A stretch of 64,000 nt of DNA from Bacilli bacterium (GTDB taxonomy: Bacteria; Bacillota_I; Bacilli_A; RFN20; CAG-826), in NCBI GenBank assembly GCA_045628045.1, contig JAZQOV010000011.1, forward strand, positions 4,912 to 68,911, read 5' to 3'. The notes under the pieces are model-generated. The model ran no database searches, had not been told where the DNA came from, and saw nothing but the letters and a program-made list of their open reading frames with translations. A program made the position numbers and the translations under genes. Shown in pieces: positions 19,215-28,963 of this stretch. Within the stretch, counting starts at the first letter, position 1. The number at the start of each line of letters is the position of its first letter.

Positions 19215-19724
19215 TAAAGATAACATAACGACTTAAGATGATGTCTGATGACAATACAGGAATGTATGGCGATTCAGCACTTAATGTAAAGTAATCAATG
19301 AACTTTAAAGGTTCATAGATAAAATAGTTATTCTCCAAGCTAGAGGTAATTGGTAAAGAAGCATTCTTAAACAAAGAGTTAAATAAATCATTAGAGATGT
19401 ATCCACCTCTTTGAAGAATGTTTCTTGCATTTATCTTTCCGATTGTCATTGAGTCAATCCAAAAGGCCGGGGATGAACAAAGATTTTAGACCCACCGATT
19501 TCGGGTGGTCTGAAGTGAAACCAGGTGAAAATGCATTTACTATGTCGCCGACAAGATGGATAAATTTAACAAACGCTAGGAAGACGGAAACCTATAGCTT
19601 TTCTTATTATCTTAACTACTCCTAGCCTCCCTTATATCAAAAGGAAGGAAATATAAAAAAATATATCAAATTTGATATTGATTAAAAATGTATATTTTGC
19701 TATATTAGTGATGAGGTTAGTATT

Positions 19725-20294
19725 ATGAGCAAGAAAAATTTAAAACTTAAATATGTAGTTCCTTATATGGGGTTAATTTATATACTTTGTTTTGATGACG
19801 GTTCTAGACGTGAACTTGATTGCAACATTCTCATCAAAGAAAAACCTGAATTTAACGTATTAAACAATAATGAAGTATTTTGGTATGCAACAGTGGACCG
19901 TTTTCAAAAAAATATTGTTTTCACTGAAAAGCTATCTTTATCAATTGATGATGCTTTGAAATACAGCAGAGTTTACGATGTCAAAAAAGAAAATAAAAAG
20001 ACCATGAAAATGATTTATAACATTGGCAGAGAAACACGCAAAAGACAAAGAATAACTCAGAATCAAATGGCGGACATGATTGGTGTGCCGCAAAGCTCTA
20101 TAGCAAGACTTGAAAAAGGGGATCTTGATGTTCAATTATCAACGATTCTTAATTATCTTTCACCTTTAGGCTTGACTCTAGAAATTAGAGGTAAAGACAC
20201 TCCTAACAAAACAACTTTAAAAGCAATGTTTGAAAAAGATCACAAAAAATCATTTAATTCAATGGATGAACTTTTAGCAGATTTAAGATCATGA
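19725..20294 (+). CDS. antitoxin-like protein: N-terminal DUF2442-like domain fused to a C-terminal XRE-family HTH
   Basis: HTH ITQNQMADMIGVPQSSIARLEKGDLDVQLSTILNYL. The N-terminal pattern FDDGSRRELD...VFWYATVD resembles DUF2442. The stop overlaps the toxin start (ATGA). Confidence 0.65.
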   Translation: MSKKNLKLKYVVPYMGLIYILCFDDGSRRELDCNILIKEKPEFNVLNNNEVFWYATVDRFQKNIVFTEKLSLSIDDALKYSRVYDVKKENKKTMKMIYNIGRETRKRQRITQNQMADMIGVPQSSIARLEKGDLDVQLSTILNYLSPLGLTLEIRGKDTPNKTTLKAMFEKDHKKSFNSMDELLADLRS

Positions 20295-20605
20295 TTTACG
20301 AAGTTAAAAGAACAAAACAATTTAAAAAAGATTTCAAATTAGCAGAAAAACAAGGTCGAAATCTTGAACGACTCATTGAGGCAATTGATTTATTAAGAAA
20401 AGGTGAAAGCTTACCTGAAGATTTTCTTGATCATCCTTTAACAAATTTTCGTTCAAAATTTAGAGAATGTCATATTGAACCTGATTTTCTTCTTGTTTAT
20501 GAAATTAGAAAACAATATTTGATACTTAAATTGATAAGATTGGGAACACATTCAGAATTGTTTGATAATAGCTCTTTAAAAGATATCGATAAAAATAATA
20601 TATAG
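20291..20605 (+). CDS. yafQ: YafQ/RelE-family type II toxin (mRNA interferase)
   Basis: Close match to the YafQ pattern (...LAEKQGRNLERL...DHPLTNFRSKFRECHIEPDFLLVYEI...RLGTHSELF). There is a 4-bp overlap with the upstream antitoxin gene. Confidence 0.85.
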   Translation: MIYEVKRTKQFKKDFKLAEKQGRNLERLIEAIDLLRKGESLPEDFLDHPLTNFRSKFRECHIEPDFLLVYEIRKQYLILKLIRLGTHSELFDNSSLKDIDKNNI

Positions 20606-20772
20606 ATACCTATTCAAATTCGTGCCTTAGGAACCTGTCGATAATAAGAATTTTAAACGTGTCGAATTCGATGCGTTTAAAATTGCCTTTAAAAGTAACT
20701 CCTTTTTTTAATTATTAATTTCTCACAACGCATATTACGTAGAACATAAAATTATGTTAAAATAATAAAAGC

Positions 20773-22908
20773 ATGATTACCAAAAGTATTATTAAAGATT
20801 TTGTACATAGAAGATGCCCTTATTTAGCGAAGGCATCTTTAGATGATAATTCATTACTCAAGTTAATTGAAAGTTATTTAGAGTTTGGCACTAAAGAAGA
20901 TATTGAAGAAGCTATCCTTATGGGAGAGCAAGATGAACAAGATGATCCAAACTCTGATAACACGTTTGATATTCTAGAAATAATGAAAGATTACCCTTAT
21001 CTAAGAGGGGACATTGAAAAGCTCATTGATAAACACGCGAAAGAAAACCCGGTTTATGATCTTCAAAAGAAATATGATGATTCTCAAGTTAGTGCGAGAC
21101 TCTCTAGAAAATACATTGAACTTATTTATGGCAAAGAAAACTGCAAAAGATGCGATGTAAATGACTTTGGAGCGGAAACCTCTAATCAGAAGTTTATCGT
21201 GGAACGCACCAAAGAATATCTAAAAGATAAAAGCGTAAAAGTTCTTTTTGAAGGCCAAGTCGAACATAATGACTTAAGAGCAAGATTTGACGTTTTAATT
21301 AAAGAAGATAATGGCACTTTTACTCTTATTGAGGCTAAAGGAAGTAATTCTCCATTTACTCATCCAGATAAAAAGCCTGAAATTGATAGCGGAATTAAAA
21401 TTCCTTATTTATACGACCTTCTCTTCCAATATTATATTTACGTAAAAGAAGGTCTTAATATTTCAAAACTTGGTTATCTTCATCTTAATAAGGAATTCAC
21501 ATTTTCAAAGGAAAATGTAAACTATCCTGATTTATGTGATGAAGATATTAAGAATTTATTCAAACTTTCTTTTGAATTAAATTTAAAAATTAAAAAGGAT
21601 GAAACGGAACTAGTTCCTATCATCACATATTTTGATTCTGAGTTATACCTTAAACGAAACAAAGATGGTGAACCTACCATAACACCTATTGAAGATGTTA
21701 TTTACGAGATACGTTCTTTGGCTACCAAGTTTGAAATTAACCCTAACAAGCATTATGAATGTGTGAAAGGTGGAAAATGTCCTTTCTTATTATCATGCTT
21801 TAGCGATGCGGATGATGAAAACTCAATTTTAAAGCTCACTAGATGGGGCTCCTTTGGCGGATACTGGGGACGTTCTAAAAAGGCCCTCGAAGAAGGTATT
21901 TTACGTATTTCTGATTTACCTACAGCTTACATTGAAGAATATTCCTTACAAAGTGAAAAAGACGGCGTTATTAAGTATGGAAACGCAAGGTCTCAGATTT
22001 CCTTCCAACGTGAGTGGAAAGACAAAGGCTTTGACTACGTCATCCATACGAAATTAATGGAAGAAATCTTACGTAGAGACTACCTAAATGATGAGATTGA
22101 TTACCTTGTTTTCTTTGACTTTGAATCAATCCAAAATCCTGTGCCTTTGATGAGGGACGCTCATCCATGGCAACAGGTTGTTACCCAATACTCAATGCAC
22201 ATTGTTAAGAAGGGTTATGACCTCACAAAACATGACTTTGCGAAAGGAAGAGGTGGAGATTGTTCTCACTACGAATTCATTGGACATCCATCAAAAGATG
22301 GATATGTTAATCCTGAATTTGCATTATTTAAGACTTTAAGGGACCATCTTATTGATTTTGGTATTAATCCAATGGCGAAGAATTATCGCGTTGTTGTCTT
22401 TAACCAAAATTTTGAAAAAACAAGAATGAATGAGTTTGTAAGACTTTACATTTCTCATCCTGAAGTTGACGCGGATTTAGTCAACTTTGTGCAGAATTTT
22501 AATGACAATGTCGTTGATCTTCTTGATTTCTTCACAAGTGGCAGTTTTTATGGCAAAAAATTCAACGGAAGAGGCTCATTAAAGGTTGTTCAACCAACAT
22601 TATGTGAAGACGAAGATGTTCAAGCTTATTACGAGTCAATTAAGCTATCTTTTGACCTAAAACATTCCCTTGATTATCACAAAGAAGGCGCACTTGTTTA
22701 TAATGGCGGAATCTGCCTTGATTTATACAAAGCTTTGCTTATGAGGAATCACAAAAATCCTCAAGATAATGACCCGGATGAAGAGAAAATGCTTGCTCAA
22801 GCACTTGCGTATTGCAAGATCGATTCGTGGGGAACTGTTATCATTTATGACGTTCTAAAGCACGTCTTAGATGGTAAGATAAAAATCAAAGCGAAATTCT
22901 TATCTTAA
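20773..22908 (+). CDS. DUF2779 domain protein (PD-(D/E)xK nuclease-like core)
   Basis: Nuclease-like motif FDVLIKEDNGTFTLIEAKGS (D...ExK). Characteristic DUF2779 block FFDFESIQNPVPLMRDAHPWQQVVTQYSMHIV. Several Cys pairs. Confidence 0.65.
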   Translation: MITKSIIKDFVHRRCPYLAKASLDDNSLLKLIESYLEFGTKEDIEEAILMGEQDEQDDPNSDNTFDILEIMKDYPYLRGDIEKLIDKHAKENPVYDLQKKYDDSQVSARLSRKYIELIYGKENCKRCDVNDFGAETSNQKFIVERTKEYLKDKSVKVLFEGQVEHNDLRARFDVLIKEDNGTFTLIEAKGSNSPFTHPDKKPEIDSGIKIPYLYDLLFQYYIYVKEGLNISKLGYLHLNKEFTFSKENVNYPDLCDEDIKNLFKLSFELNLKIKKDETELVPIITYFDSELYLKRNKDGEPTITPIEDVIYEIRSLATKFEINPNKHYECVKGGKCPFLLSCFSDADDENSILKLTRWGSFGGYWGRSKKALEEGILRISDLPTAYIEEYSLQSEKDGVIKYGNARSQISFQREWKDKGFDYVIHTKLMEEILRRDYLNDEIDYLVFFDFESIQNPVPLMRDAHPWQQVVTQYSMHIVKKGYDLTKHDFAKGRGGDCSHYEFIGHPSKDGYVNPEFALFKTLRDHLIDFGINPMAKNYRVVVFNQNFEKTRMNEFVRLYISHPEVDADLVNFVQNFNDNVVDLLDFFTSGSFYGKKFNGRGSLKVVQPTLCEDEDVQAYYESIKLSFDLKHSLDYHKEGALVYNGGICLDLYKALLMRNHKNPQDNDPDEEKMLAQALAYCKIDSWGTVIIYDVLKHVLDGKIKIKAKFLS

Positions 22909-22913
22909 TATTT

Positions 22914-22942
22914 GAAGAGAGACTTAGTCTCTTTTTTTATTT
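22914..22942 (+). terminator. Rho-independent terminator after the DUF2779 gene
   Basis: AGAGAC-tt-AGTCTCT hairpin followed by TTTTTTT. Confidence 0.5.
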
Positions 22943-23151
22943 ATAAAAGAATTAAATTAAATTGAAATTTTTTCCGTTTTCCAAAATTCAAAAATTTTAA
23001 TACTTTGTATTAGAAAAGTTTTTTAACATTATTGCAAAAAAATCTCTAATTAGTATGTGAAAGGTTTACAAGACACCTGGAAAGGAAATGACTTTAAAAC
23101 ATTGCTGTGCGACATAATTTGGTATATAATTTAGCCACAAGGTGAAAACTT

Positions 23152-23409
23152 ATGAATATAATACCAATGAGAGATTTAAAAAATACCGTTAATATAGAAA
23201 AACTTTGCGCAACTTCAAAGGCACCAGTCTTTGTTACTAAAAATGGATATGGAAGTTTAGTTGTTATGAATATCGAGTGTTTTGAAAAAATACTTGAGCA
23301 AGCTTATGAAACAGTCGAACTCAAAAAGGGAATGGAAGATATAGAAAATGGCAGAGTAAGAAATGGCAACGATGTTTTGAATGACATAAAAACAAAATTT
23401 GGATTTTGA
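23152..23409 (+). CDS. type II antitoxin, Phd/YefM- or RelB-like
   Basis: N-terminus MNIIPMRDLKNT...APVFVTKNGYGSLVVMNIECFEKI matches the antitoxin fold pattern. The RBS is AAGGTGAAAA. Confidence 0.7.
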   Translation: MNIIPMRDLKNTVNIEKLCATSKAPVFVTKNGYGSLVVMNIECFEKILEQAYETVELKKGMEDIENGRVRNGNDVLNDIKTKFGF

Positions 23410-23701
23410 GTTTTCAAAAAATGCTGAAATTGATTTTAACAATATTATTCTTTTTTAAAAGAATAAACTTAATAACGAATTAGTTGCAAAAAACCTAGTT
23501 TATAAAATTAGCAAAGCAATTGATAACATAAAGCTTTTTCCTGAGATGTATGAACAAATTAGCAATGATTTATGTGAGTACAAAAATATAAGAAGAATTC
23601 CAATAGATAACTACAATTTGTATTATTCCTTTAATGAAGAGAAAAATAAATTAATAATTGTAAGAATACTATACGCTCACTATAATTTTGATAAATATTA
23701 A
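23408..23701 (+). pseudogene. RelE/ParE-family toxin gene interrupted by an in-frame TAA (23456-23458)
   Basis: The frame overlapping the antitoxin stop gives (L)DFEFSKNAEIDFNNIILF*KNKLNNELVAKNLVYKISKAIDNIKLFPEMYEQISNDLCEYKNIRRIPIDNYNLYYSFNEEKNKLIIVRILYAHYNFDKY. The C-terminal YRIPI...YY..NE....I.I.RI.HA block is RelE/ParE-like. No ATG start is present. Confidence 0.6.
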
Positions 23702-23721
23702 AATATTTAATGACAATAAAA

Positions 23722-23750
23722 ATGCCCCAAATTTTTGGGTTTTTTTCATA
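23722..23750 (+). terminator. Rho-independent terminator
   Basis: CCCAAA-tt-TTTGGG hairpin followed by TTTTTTT. Confidence 0.5.
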
Positions 23751-23890
23751 ATTTTGACACAAATTTTTATGTAATTTCCCTAAGTTTTTTCTTGTCGATT
23801 ATTCCTGTTTTTATACTTCACTAAGTGAAATTACTTGACTAGAACTATTCTTATATATAAGATATACATTGAATAAAAGGAGTTTTTTCT

Positions 23891-26800
23891 ATGAAAATCA
23901 AAAGTCTTCTCAAAACTGCTGTCGTCACAATGGCAATTGGCATGCTTGCCGGTTGTGGTCGAAAGGCCAAATACATTGTTCAATGGTTCAATGATGACAG
24001 AAAAACAGTTTTACATGTTTCAATGCCTCTCGAAGAAGGTACAGTCCCAGAATATCCTGAAGAATTAGAGACACCTGTCAAAGAATCCGGCACTGAAGAA
24101 ATTAAGTATGTTTTTGATGGTTGGTCACCAGAAGTCGGCCCGCTAACAAAAGCTACTAACTATTACGCAAGGTATAAAACACAATATCGTGTTGAATGGA
24201 AAAATTCAGATGGATCTATTTTAAAATCCGGATATACATTTGATGGTGAACTTCCAGATGTTCCAACAGACTTAAAATTCACTAGTCCGGCTCAAGATGA
24301 TGGCACGCATTACTCATTCGTGAAATGGGTAGGTGAAGATGATTCTATGAAAGTAGATCAGCCAATTAAAAAACCATCATGTTTTTATGCATCATACAAT
24401 GTTGAGAGTTATAGAATTACATGGAAAAATGTCGACGGTGAACAACTCGGTTCATCATTTGTTGCCGCTGGTCAAATCCCAATTTATACTGGTGAAGTAC
24501 CAACATTAGATTCAGGAAAAGAAGACCTTGAATATGTGTTTGATGGTTGGGATAAAGAAATTGCTCCTGCTGAAGAACCAGTAACTTATGTTGCTAAATT
24601 TAAAGAAGTTAAAAAATACGTTATTACCTGGAAAAATGAAGATGGCACAGTTTTAGCATCTGGACTCGTTGCAGAAGGACAAATGCCAGAGTGTCCAACT
24701 CATGAACCAACAAAGGAAAATACAGAAAGATATAGTTATGAATTCGCTGGTTGGGATCCGGCAATTTCAACTGTTAAGGGCGATGCTGTTTATACAGCCA
24801 AATATGAAATAGTACAAGAAAGATTCCTCATTACATGGAAGAATCATAATGGTACTGTTCTTTATCAAGATTATGTTGCCGAAGGCAAATTACCAGAATA
24901 TAAAGGTGAAGAACCAACAAAGGTTACTACAGAAAGAGAAGCATACCGCTTCAGCGGTTGGTCTCCAAGTATCGTAGTCGCTAGCGAAGACGCTGTTTAT
25001 GTAGCAGAATTTGAACTCGACCACCTTTTATACGAAATTACATGGAAAAACGATGATGGCCACGTTCTTGCTACAAAATATTGCGTTGAAGGACAAACTC
25101 CTGTCTATCCAAATGCTGAACCTACAAAACCAAGCGATAATGTTGCTGTTTATAAGTTCAGTGGTTGGAATCCTACACCTGTTACTGTTACACGTGATGC
25201 CACTTACCTTGCAACCTTTGCGGTAGAAAAAGCTAAATATCCAGTTACATGGAAAGACGAAGATGGCACAGTTCTTGCAACAAGTTATGTTCCAGAGGCT
25301 GAAATGCCAGTTTGCCCAGTTGATAATCCTACTAAAGCAGATGATAATCGTCATTCATATACTTTTGCTGGATGGGAACCAGCACTTACTACAGTAAGCG
25401 GCGCTGTTACTTATACTGCAAAATATGATGTTTCTGAAGAAAGATTCTTAGTTACATGGAAAGATGAAAACGGGTCAGTCCTTGCTACAAATTTTGTTGC
25501 TGAAGGAAAAACTCCAGTTTGCCCAGTTGGTAACCCAACAAAACAAGATGACGATCGTCACACATATGAATTTGGTGGATGGTCTCCAGCAGTTTCACCT
25601 GTTACAGCAGATATCACCTATACAGCAGTATACAATGTTTCTGAAGAAAGATTCTTAATTACATGGAAAAATGAAGACGGATCAGTCCTTGCTACAAAAT
25701 TTGTTGCTGAAGGAGAGACTCCATCTTGCCCAGTTTCCAATCCAATTAAAAAAGCTGATGAACGTCATACATATGCATTCAACGGTTGGTCTCCAGCAGT
25801 ATTACCTGTCACTGAAGATGCTACTTATACTGCTCAATTTAAAGTAACCGAAGAAAGATTCTTAGTTACATGGAAGAATGATGACGGCTCAGTCCTTGCT
25901 ACAGAATATGTAGCAGAAGGAAAAGTTCCAAAATATCCTGGAACTGTTAATCCTAGCAAGGATGATAATCCTCCATATGTTTACGAATTTATGGGTTGGG
26001 ATAAGAAAATAACACCTGTTATAGCAGATGAAGTTTATACTGCAACATATAAGGATGTTAAGAAACAATACACTATTAAGTGGGTCGACTATGATAATAA
26101 AGTCCTTCACACTGACTATATTGATTACGGTTCACCAATCACTTATGAATATGCATTACCAACAAGAGCTTCAACAACCTTGTCCGATTTCGAATTTATT
26201 GGTTGGGATAAAGAACTCAAAAATTTAACTGCTACAAGTGATTTAACTATCACAGCTCTCTATAAAGAAACCGTTTATAAAGGTGCTAATATTACATATC
26301 ACTTTAATGAAACAAAGAATAAAGTAACTAATCCTAAACAAAATGTTTCTCTTATTAGAGTTGGAACAGATCTCTCTCTTGCTAATGCAACCGCACCAGG
26401 TTATAAGTTTGATGGTTGGTTCTTTGATGAAGCTTACACTATTAGTGCAGGCACAAAATTAACAAACGTTGACCATGATATTACCTTGTATGGTAAATTC
26501 TCAAAAAATACTTATACCATTACTTATGTAATGAATGGTGGTGAGTTAGATGCTGGCGCTTCTAATCCAACATCAATTACTTGTGAAGATCAAGCAATTG
26601 TCTTAGCTAATCCAAGTAAACTTGGTTACACATTTACTGGCTGGTCAGGATATGGCTCTGGAAAAGTGATTGATTGTAGACTTGAAAATGTAACTAAAGC
26701 ATTAACTCTTACAGCAAACTTTAAAGCAAATACTTATAAAATTGTTTTGAAGTATACTGACAGAGACGATACAAGTATTAACGTTGATTACAATTCAGAG

Positions 26801-27946
26801 ATTTCTGGTTTACCAGAATTGGCTGATAAGGAAGGCTCAGAATTCATTGGTTGGTTCACCAAAGAAGGCATCCAATTTGAAAACGGATATACTTATTCAT
26901 ATACAACTGACGTTGTACTTTATCCATTATTTGCTGACACAAAAGTTCATAAAATTGATTATGAGCTTAACGGTGGTGTTTTACCAGCAGGATATCCAAC
27001 TTCTTATAAAGCATTTGAAGCATTCCCTGAAATTTACAATCCAACAAAAGAAGGGTATTCATTTACTGGTTGGACTTATGTTGATCCTGCAACAGGAAAA
27101 ACTGTTGATTTTAAATCACTAGCAGGCTTAGATTTCGATATTACATTGATTGCAAACTGGGGCGTCAGAGAAGTTACTATAAACTATGTTTATGGTGAAG
27201 GCGCAACACTCAAACGTAATCTTACTTTCGTTGATGAAACTTCAACAGAAATTGAAAGCCATGAAATTTCATACTTTGAAGGTGCAGAATTTGTTTCCTA
27301 TGAAGATACTGACACGGCTCAATTTAAAGGATGGGCTGATGAAAAAGGAAAGATGTATGACTTTAGCTCTGATGCAATTGTTGAAGGCGACACCACATTA
27401 AAACCAGTCATGGAACCAATCGCGGAAGGCGCAGTTGCTGGTAAGGTTGGCGAGGACGCACACGTTACAGCAACAGGTTCAAGCACAAAAGTTATTCAAT
27501 ATACTTCAGTAAGTGCTCAAGATGTCAATTTTGAAGTTAGTTCAACAGCAGGACTTAAAGTTATTATTGCTGATAAGAACGGAAAACAAATTGCATCATC
27601 TGGAGTTGGATCTACTTCATCCATAAGTATGAATGGAGTTCACTTCGAAGCAAATACAACTTATCTCGTAAGTATTGAAGTTTCAGGTAGTGGTGATAAT
27701 AATATTACCGTTGCAACAACTGGTACAGTTGCAGAAGGTGCTTTAAGTGGAAAGATCTACTCAAAAGAGTATGTCACTGAATTCACAGTTCAACACTTCG
27801 GTGAGACATTTGATAACAGCATTGTCCCAGTTAAAGAAGGGTATTTATTCGATGGTTGGTTTGACGCAGATGGAAACTACTACGATTCATACACTGAATT
27901 AACTTCAACAGTCATTACCCTTTACGCAAAATGGGTAAAAGCCTAA
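23891..27946 (+). CDS. large surface lipoprotein with ~17 tandem Listeria-Bacteroides (Flg_new-type) repeats
   Basis: Signal peptide + lipobox LAGC. TTGACT-17-TAAGAT promoter and AAAGGAG RBS upstream. Repeats of ~70 aa with the pattern [FY]xITWKNxDGxVL...Y.F.GW.P......D..YTA.Y, e.g. YLFDGWFDADGNYYDSYTELTSTVITLYAKW. Confidence 0.8.
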   Translation: MKIKSLLKTAVVTMAIGMLAGCGRKAKYIVQWFNDDRKTVLHVSMPLEEGTVPEYPEELETPVKESGTEEIKYVFDGWSPEVGPLTKATNYYARYKTQYRVEWKNSDGSILKSGYTFDGELPDVPTDLKFTSPAQDDGTHYSFVKWVGEDDSMKVDQPIKKPSCFYASYNVESYRITWKNVDGEQLGSSFVAAGQIPIYTGEVPTLDSGKEDLEYVFDGWDKEIAPAEEPVTYVAKFKEVKKYVITWKNEDGTVLASGLVAEGQMPECPTHEPTKENTERYSYEFAGWDPAISTVKGDAVYTAKYEIVQERFLITWKNHNGTVLYQDYVAEGKLPEYKGEEPTKVTTEREAYRFSGWSPSIVVASEDAVYVAEFELDHLLYEITWKNDDGHVLATKYCVEGQTPVYPNAEPTKPSDNVAVYKFSGWNPTPVTVTRDATYLATFAVEKAKYPVTWKDEDGTVLATSYVPEAEMPVCPVDNPTKADDNRHSYTFAGWEPALTTVSGAVTYTAKYDVSEERFLVTWKDENGSVLATNFVAEGKTPVCPVGNPTKQDDDRHTYEFGGWSPAVSPVTADITYTAVYNVSEERFLITWKNEDGSVLATKFVAEGETPSCPVSNPIKKADERHTYAFNGWSPAVLPVTEDATYTAQFKVTEERFLVTWKNDDGSVLATEYVAEGKVPKYPGTVNPSKDDNPPYVYEFMGWDKKITPVIADEVYTATYKDVKKQYTIKWVDYDNKVLHTDYIDYGSPITYEYALPTRASTTLSDFEFIGWDKELKNLTATSDLTITALYKETVYKGANITYHFNETKNKVTNPKQNVSLIRVGTDLSLANATAPGYKFDGWFFDEAYTISAGTKLTNVDHDITLYGKFSKNTYTITYVMNGGELDAGASNPTSITCEDQAIVLANPSKLGYTFTGWSGYGSGKVIDCRLENVTKALTLTANFKANTYKIVLKYTDRDDTSINVDYNSEISGLPELADKEGSEFIGWFTKEGIQFENGYTYSYTTDVVLYPLFADTKVHKIDYELNGGVLPAGYPTSYKAFEAFPEIYNPTKEGYSFTGWTYVDPATGKTVDFKSLAGLDFDITLIANWGVREVTINYVYGEGATLKRNLTFVDETSTEIESHEISYFEGAEFVSYEDTDTAQFKGWADEKGKMYDFSSDAIVEGDTTLKPVMEPIAEGAVAGKVGEDAHVTATGSSTKVIQYTSVSAQDVNFEVSSTAGLKVIIADKNGKQIASSGVGSTSSISMNGVHFEANTTYLVSIEVSGSGDNNITVATTGTVAEGALSGKIYSKEYVTEFTVQHFGETFDNSIVPVKEGYLFDGWFDADGNYYDSYTELTSTVITLYAKWVKA

Positions 27947-27963
27947 TAGCTTACTAATAACAA

Positions 27964-28000
27964 ACAAGGCGGATACTTTGTATCTGCCTTTTTTATTAAT
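27964..28000 (+). terminator. Rho-independent terminator
   Basis: AGGCGGATA-ctttg-TATCTGCCT hairpin followed by TTTTTT. Confidence 0.5.
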
Positions 28001-28052
28001 TAATTTAATATTATATATTGAATAACAATTCAAAATCCGTATAATAAAAAGC

Positions 28053-28958
28053 ATGAAACGTTTATATATTTACACAATCATTGTGGCCTCCTCTTTAGCA
28101 ATGGGTGCTTTAGTAGGTTTTGGGGCCAAAAAACTATTTAATAAAGAGTACGTTTACAATAACGTTGACTTTGATGCATTTGTACCAGATTACAATGCTA
28201 TTTTTGAAGAAGTTAATTCATATAAAGGAAGCTCGAAAGAAAAAGTTGATCATTTCTCAGCAGTTGAAGTAATTAATTATTCTTTAGAAAAATTCCGTCG
28301 TAATGAAAAATGTGCTACTTATACCTATGGTATTTCCCATACAGCGGTTGAACAAATCATTAGAGGCGCAAATTATAAAGTTGGTTCAGAATATTTTGAG
28401 GAATCACTTTCTAAATCTAGCCTTGTTTCGGTCGCAAGCAGGGTTTATATGAGCGGAAAGTCCGGAGACATTAAAATGTATAAGGGAGAAGATGATTCAA
28501 TCGTTATTAACGATAAAGAAGCATTTGCAGAATATCCTGAAGTTTCGGAAGACATTATTGAACACAGCACATATAAGAAAACATACGGAAAAACACTTGA
28601 TGAGATGTTTATTTATCTTATTTGTAATGATGGCGTATTAAGTTCATCAGTTAATGAAACAGATAGTGGTTATCAATATGTTGTTAATTTAGATAATGAA
28701 ATTTCTACTTACTTTAATAAGTTACAAATGAAAAATCTATCTGATCTTGATACTTATCCAGTATTCCAAACTGTTACTCTTACTTTTGATTTAGACAAAG
28801 ATTTATCTTTGAAGAAATGTAATATAGATGAATATTATAAAGCTAAGAAAATTATTTATGCGAGTGCGCATGCTCTAATCGATATCTATTTTGTATCTAA
28901 TGCAGATATTGAAATCCCGGCAGTAAATGAAAAATTAAATTATGATTTGGAGTTTTAA
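28053..28958 (+). CDS. hypothetical membrane-anchored protein (N-terminal signal/TM)
   Basis: N-terminal hydrophobic helix IYTIIVASSLAMGALVGF. No family was recognised. First gene of a four-gene, tightly packed + strand cluster. Confidence 0.5.
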   Translation: MKRLYIYTIIVASSLAMGALVGFGAKKLFNKEYVYNNVDFDAFVPDYNAIFEEVNSYKGSSKEKVDHFSAVEVINYSLEKFRRNEKCATYTYGISHTAVEQIIRGANYKVGSEYFEESLSKSSLVSVASRVYMSGKSGDIKMYKGEDDSIVINDKEAFAEYPEVSEDIIEHSTYKKTYGKTLDEMFIYLICNDGVLSSSVNETDSGYQYVVNLDNEISTYFNKLQMKNLSDLDTYPVFQTVTLTFDLDKDLSLKKCNIDEYYKAKKIIYASAHALIDIYFVSNADIEIPAVNEKLNYDLEF

Positions 28959-28963
28959 CCATT

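Noticed and set aside
19189-19625. Overlapping ORFs 19189-19449(-) and 19425-19625(+).
   Set aside because: There is no RBS. The composition is odd and they sit in the GC-rich non-coding patch. This is probably not protein-coding.
11800-23750. Prophage or integrative element spanning the Fic/toxin-antitoxin region.
   Set aside because: No integrase, recombinase, phage structural genes or tRNA attachment site are visible. It is better described as an accessory/defence-type island.
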